A stretch of 32,718 nt of DNA from Elusimicrobiota bacterium (GTDB lineage Bacteria; CG03; SLGR01; JBDRKX01), in the NCBI GenBank assembly GCA_043813605.1, contig JBDRKX010000111.1, positions 1 through 32,718 of the forward strand. The letters are read 5' to 3'. Below are positions 29,760 to 32,718 of the stretch, piece by piece. The notes beneath the pieces were generated by a model. That model had not been told where the DNA came from. It worked only from the letters and a program-made list of their open reading frames with translations, and did not search any database. The translations under genes and the position numbers were made by a program. Every line of letters begins with the position of its first letter. Position 1 is the stretch's first letter.

Positions 29760-30355
29760 GATTTATAACACATAAAAAAACCCGCACTCGGTTTTAATGA
29801 AAACAAAGTGCGGGTTCTGAATCCGGCCCTGATGGGCCTACCCGAAATCGCTGTTGGATATGTATCCTGCTGCCTGGTCCTGGCTGAAATCACTTTCTGT
29901 AATGGGATCAGGAATTTCAGCACCCATTGCACATAGAACTTCAGATCAGGCGGAATATCATCCTGCTTCTGGTTTATGTTTATATATTTCTTCCGACTGA
30001 CAGCAAATGCCGTTATGGTCGTCATCAATAAAATGAAAATCAGGCTTTTCTCGTTCGATATAAGCAGCGTATTTAGAATGAACAGCAGCCAATTACTGTG
30101 ATTGCCTTTAGTATTGGCATTTTTGCTGTCAGAAACTTCCGGGAATCTTTTTTCAGTACACGCTGAGAATACACCCTGTGAGATCCTGTTCAATATGTTT
30201 ATGGACGTAGAATAACCTGCAATATCGTTTGTAATTGATGAAACACGCTGGGTACAGCTTCCGGTTAGATGTGAGGTAGCGATGATTGATATATTAAATA
30301 TGAATATGCAAATTATAATAGAAACTTTAGTTTTATTTTTTAATAATATATTCAC
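29756..30355 (-). CDS. Putative membrane-anchored leader protein (199 aa), translationally coupled to the giant gene
   Basis: GTG start, signal-like N-terminus and a second hydrophobic segment. Its TGA overlaps the giant-gene ATG (ATGA, 29759-29756), and its last codons encode the terminator. Confidence 0.6.
   Translation of the reverse strand: MNILLKNKTKVSIIICIFIFNISIIATSHLTGSCTQRVSSITNDIAGYSTSINILNRISQGVFSACTEKRFPEVSDSKNANTKGNHSNWLLFILNTLLISNEKSLIFILLMTTITAFAVSRKKYININQKQDDIPPDLKFYVQWVLKFLIPLQKVISARTRQQDTYPTAISGRPIRAGFRTRTLFSLKPSAGFFMCYKS
29774..29816 (-). terminator. Intrinsic terminator/attenuator hairpin ending 14 nt before the giant-gene ATG
   Basis: Minus strand reads AACCCGCACT-TT-GTTTT-CATT-AAAAC-CG-AGTGCGGG followed by TTTTTTT (U7). 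Confidence 0.8.
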
Positions 30356-30623
30356 AGAATTATTTAATACAAACTATTTAATTCTACTCGATTCATATGA
30401 AATAGATATGAATAATTTTCTTTTTTTTTCTTTGCTATGTGAAATTAGTGTAAAATAAATTTACTGTGCTTACCCGAAAGGCAAATATATGCTAAAGTGT
30501 ATTATTAAGATTATGCTATATTACATTGATATACAATTAATATAGGTAATGTCATTTATCTAAAATAAACGCGTTGAAGTCTACTGTTATTCTGCCCTTC
30601 TTTAAGTCTAAGTTACCGGTTCT
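30356..30623 (-). promoter_or_regulatory. Very AT-rich intergenic region, likely promoter for the leader and giant gene
   Basis: Non-coding AT-rich gap between co-oriented genes; no unambiguous -35/-10 pair assigned. Confidence 0.4.
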
Positions 30624-32192
30624 TTAGTGTTTTTCAGTATTTTTCAGCAAAAAGACGCGTATTTCATTGCGCAGAAACAGTTCGGTCGTTATATCAGTGT
30701 ATCTGCCAAGCCATTTTTCAATACCTTCGGGTATTTCTCTTGAGAGGAGGATCACATTCGGCCATATCCCGTTTTTTTCGGGAGTAAACTGACGCCCGCC
30801 CGAGCTATCTCTGATAAAAGCATCTACACCGCGGAAGAAAAAACCGTAGTTCAGCCAGTTATCATAACGGTTAAAAGCAAGAAGATGAGTACACCCTATC
30901 GAGTATATGTCACCGTACCTTTCATTCAGCTGTTTTACATCCGCAGCCAGTTCATACTGCTGTTTTAATGTATATGGCGGTATGATCTTTGAGAGTCCAG
31001 AAAATATCTGTACCAGCAGTATCATCACTGCAATGTTATGAGGCAGATATCTGAATGCACGAGACAGCTTGCCTGACAATATCATTGAAAGGTGTTCCAC
31101 AGACCACCCTGACATTATGGCGACAAACGGCAGAATCATCAGTACATCCGGATAACCCTGGTGATCGGACCAGAAAAAAAACATAAAACCCAGCATCGTG
31201 AGATAAATGAAGAACCAGTTCATGCCGGATTTTCTTATTACTCCACCTCTTAACTTTCCTCCTGCTTTTCCTGCTTTGCCTATATGCAGCTTTGCGGAGT
31301 ATAATTGCGGATCCAGAGTCTTATTTCGGATCGCAGCATATGTATGCATTACAGCCGCATACAGCAATGTCAGCGGGAGAAAATTGAATTTACCTACACC
31401 GAATACCCATATGGAACGGATTCTTTTAAGAGCTTCCCCAAATGATTCTTTTTCTCCCGTACGCATGTATTTGACTATAAAATAGTATTCCTGCAGCATT
31501 TGTTCTCTTATTGCTCCGGCAAAAATAAAATATAATTCATATAGTATAACCACTGCAAAAAATCCAGCGGCTGTTTTTATAATATTTTTCTTTATCCGGT
31601 TCCTATCGGATAACCCGACTGAAATAAGTAATGACATAAACACTATAAGAGCAGGCTGCCAGCACATATAAGCACATCCTGCAAAAAGACCCGCATAAGA
31701 ATATTTCTTCCTGAAAAAGAAGAGATAACAGAGCAGCATGAATAATATCATAAATATCTTCGGGCGTGATCCCATGGCGCCCTGAAGAACAAATCCAAAA
31801 TATGAGAGCATGGAGAATGCGGCAAAACTGGAAGCACGTTTATTGCCTGTCAGATAATAAGTAACAATCCAGATCAATCCTACAATAGCCCCCATAACTG
31901 AAAGTGATACTGTAACCGCAGAATAGAGATCATTCAATCCGATTATCCTTCCAAGAAAAATAACTGATCCTGAGATCATCGCGGTTAATGCTGTCTTGGG
32001 ATCAAAATGACTGATATGCGGCGGAACACCTGAAGCCACTCTTTCACTCATATAGAAATAATGCTGGTTATCGTACAACAAAGGCAACTTATACCCACCG
32101 CTCATCAGGGCAAGCAGTATAGAGAACACGAAGAAAAATAATACATAATATTTTGACTGATTCATCACGTCGTTTATTTTGTTATTCTCCAT
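30624..32192 (-). CDS. GT-C superfamily (ArnT/PMT-like) integral membrane glycosyltransferase
   Basis: 522 aa with many TMs. The first loop YDNQHYFYMSERVASGVPPHISHFDPKTAL resembles the D..Y...G..PY...D.KPP GT-C loop, and there is a soluble C-terminal domain. Confidence 0.65.
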   Translation of the reverse strand: MENNKINDVMNQSKYYVLFFFVFSILLALMSGGYKLPLLYDNQHYFYMSERVASGVPPHISHFDPKTALTAMISGSVIFLGRIIGLNDLYSAVTVSLSVMGAIVGLIWIVTYYLTGNKRASSFAAFSMLSYFGFVLQGAMGSRPKIFMILFMLLCYLFFFRKKYSYAGLFAGCAYMCWQPALIVFMSLLISVGLSDRNRIKKNIIKTAAGFFAVVILYELYFIFAGAIREQMLQEYYFIVKYMRTGEKESFGEALKRIRSIWVFGVGKFNFLPLTLLYAAVMHTYAAIRNKTLDPQLYSAKLHIGKAGKAGGKLRGGVIRKSGMNWFFIYLTMLGFMFFFWSDHQGYPDVLMILPFVAIMSGWSVEHLSMILSGKLSRAFRYLPHNIAVMILLVQIFSGLSKIIPPYTLKQQYELAADVKQLNERYGDIYSIGCTHLLAFNRYDNWLNYGFFFRGVDAFIRDSSGGRQFTPEKNGIWPNVILLSREIPEGIEKWLGRYTDITTELFLRNEIRVFLLKNTEKH

Positions 32193-32203
32193 ATTGAGGT
32201 TTA

Positions 32204-32718
32204 TCAGTGCATTTCAAAATCAAATATCTTAGGATTCTCTTTGATTATATTGTAGAGGACATATGCTATCTTACAGTTACCGTTATAATGACATTGATCT
32301 ATAAATATTGCTTCATTTCGATATCTCATCAGATGCGGCAACAAATCTATACATATTATCGAAAGCTCATTGCAGACTTCCTGCAGTTTCTTCTGAGGAT
32401 AATATTTACCATGCCATTCGGCATCAAAAGTAATCTGGGGTGCCGCAGGAAAACATATCAATACCAGTTTAATATTATTCTTATCGCATAACTTTTTGAT
32501 TTTTTTAAGGTAGATTGCCCCCTTTTTCCAGTTCTCGTCCTTCCATGACGCACCCCCATCCAGGTCGGCTTCATTCACAAGTTTTACGAATTCCCTCTTT
32601 TCCTTATGAAATTTATGTTCATTATATCTTTTTACCCATTTGAATTTATTCTTATATTCCTTCTTCTGCGTATATTTTACCGTCCGGTATATTTTCTCCA
32701 TATACTCCGCAGTTTTAA
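32204..32718 (-). CDS. Partial SGNH/GDSL-hydrolase-like (AlgX/AlgJ-type) protein, C-terminal part
   Basis: Frame stays open to the right edge (KTAEYMEK...). KNNIKLVLICFP, CIDLLP and FIDQCHYN (block V DxxH) are present. Confidence 0.6.
   Translation of the reverse strand, partial: KTAEYMEKIYRTVKYTQKKEYKNKFKWVKRYNEHKFHKEKREFVKLVNEADLDGGASWKDENWKKGAIYLKKIKKLCDKNNIKLVLICFPAAPQITFDAEWHGKYYPQKKLQEVCNELSIICIDLLPHLMRYRNEAIFIDQCHYNGNCKIAYVLYNIIKENPKIFDFEMH

Noticed and set aside
3..29759. Stop-codon recoding or programmed frameshifting as the reason for the missing ORFs
   Set aside because: Not needed: one frame reads through in the standard code wherever checked, and neighbouring genes end in TGA and TAA.
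30470..30500. CCGAAAGGCAAA as a possible c-di-GMP-I riboswitch
   Set aside because: It is on the strand opposite the genes and lacks the second stem and GCAAAG element.
31207..32491. Plus-strand ORFs 31207-31485 and 32207-32491
   Set aside because: Antisense to well-supported minus-strand genes.
1..32718. CRISPR arrays, tRNA/rRNA genes, IS elements, inteins
   Set aside because: I noticed no repeat-spacer pattern, RNA gene signature, transposase or intein motif by eye.

Overview
About 91% of the window is a single minus-strand reading frame that the ORF track omits. It starts at ATG 29759 and runs off the left edge (>=9,919 codons); I saw no stop in any part I translated, including all module junctions. 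Hand translation gives this order: signal peptide; TraB/ChaN/Tiki-like domain; GNAT; dead then intact tryptophanase copies; Mpv17/PMP22-like membrane domain; two-half M16B peptidase; dead then intact HisC-like aminotransferase copies; HEXXH region; a fused MoxR/Bat operon (DUF4381-like, BatA, BatC, BatB, HEAT-like helices, DUF58, second HEXXH, three tandem MoxR AAA+ domains); unknown C-terminal region. A recurring pattern is that oligomeric enzymes carry their partner subunits in cis. Directly upstream, a 199-aa leader ORF overlaps the start (ATGA) and contains an intrinsic terminator, suggesting translation-coupled attenuation. A GT-C-type membrane glycosyltransferase and a partial SGNH-like gene end the window. 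The architecture recalls giant proteins of Omnitrophota/Elusimicrobiota (inference). Domain calls rest on motifs read by eye, and boundaries are approximate.
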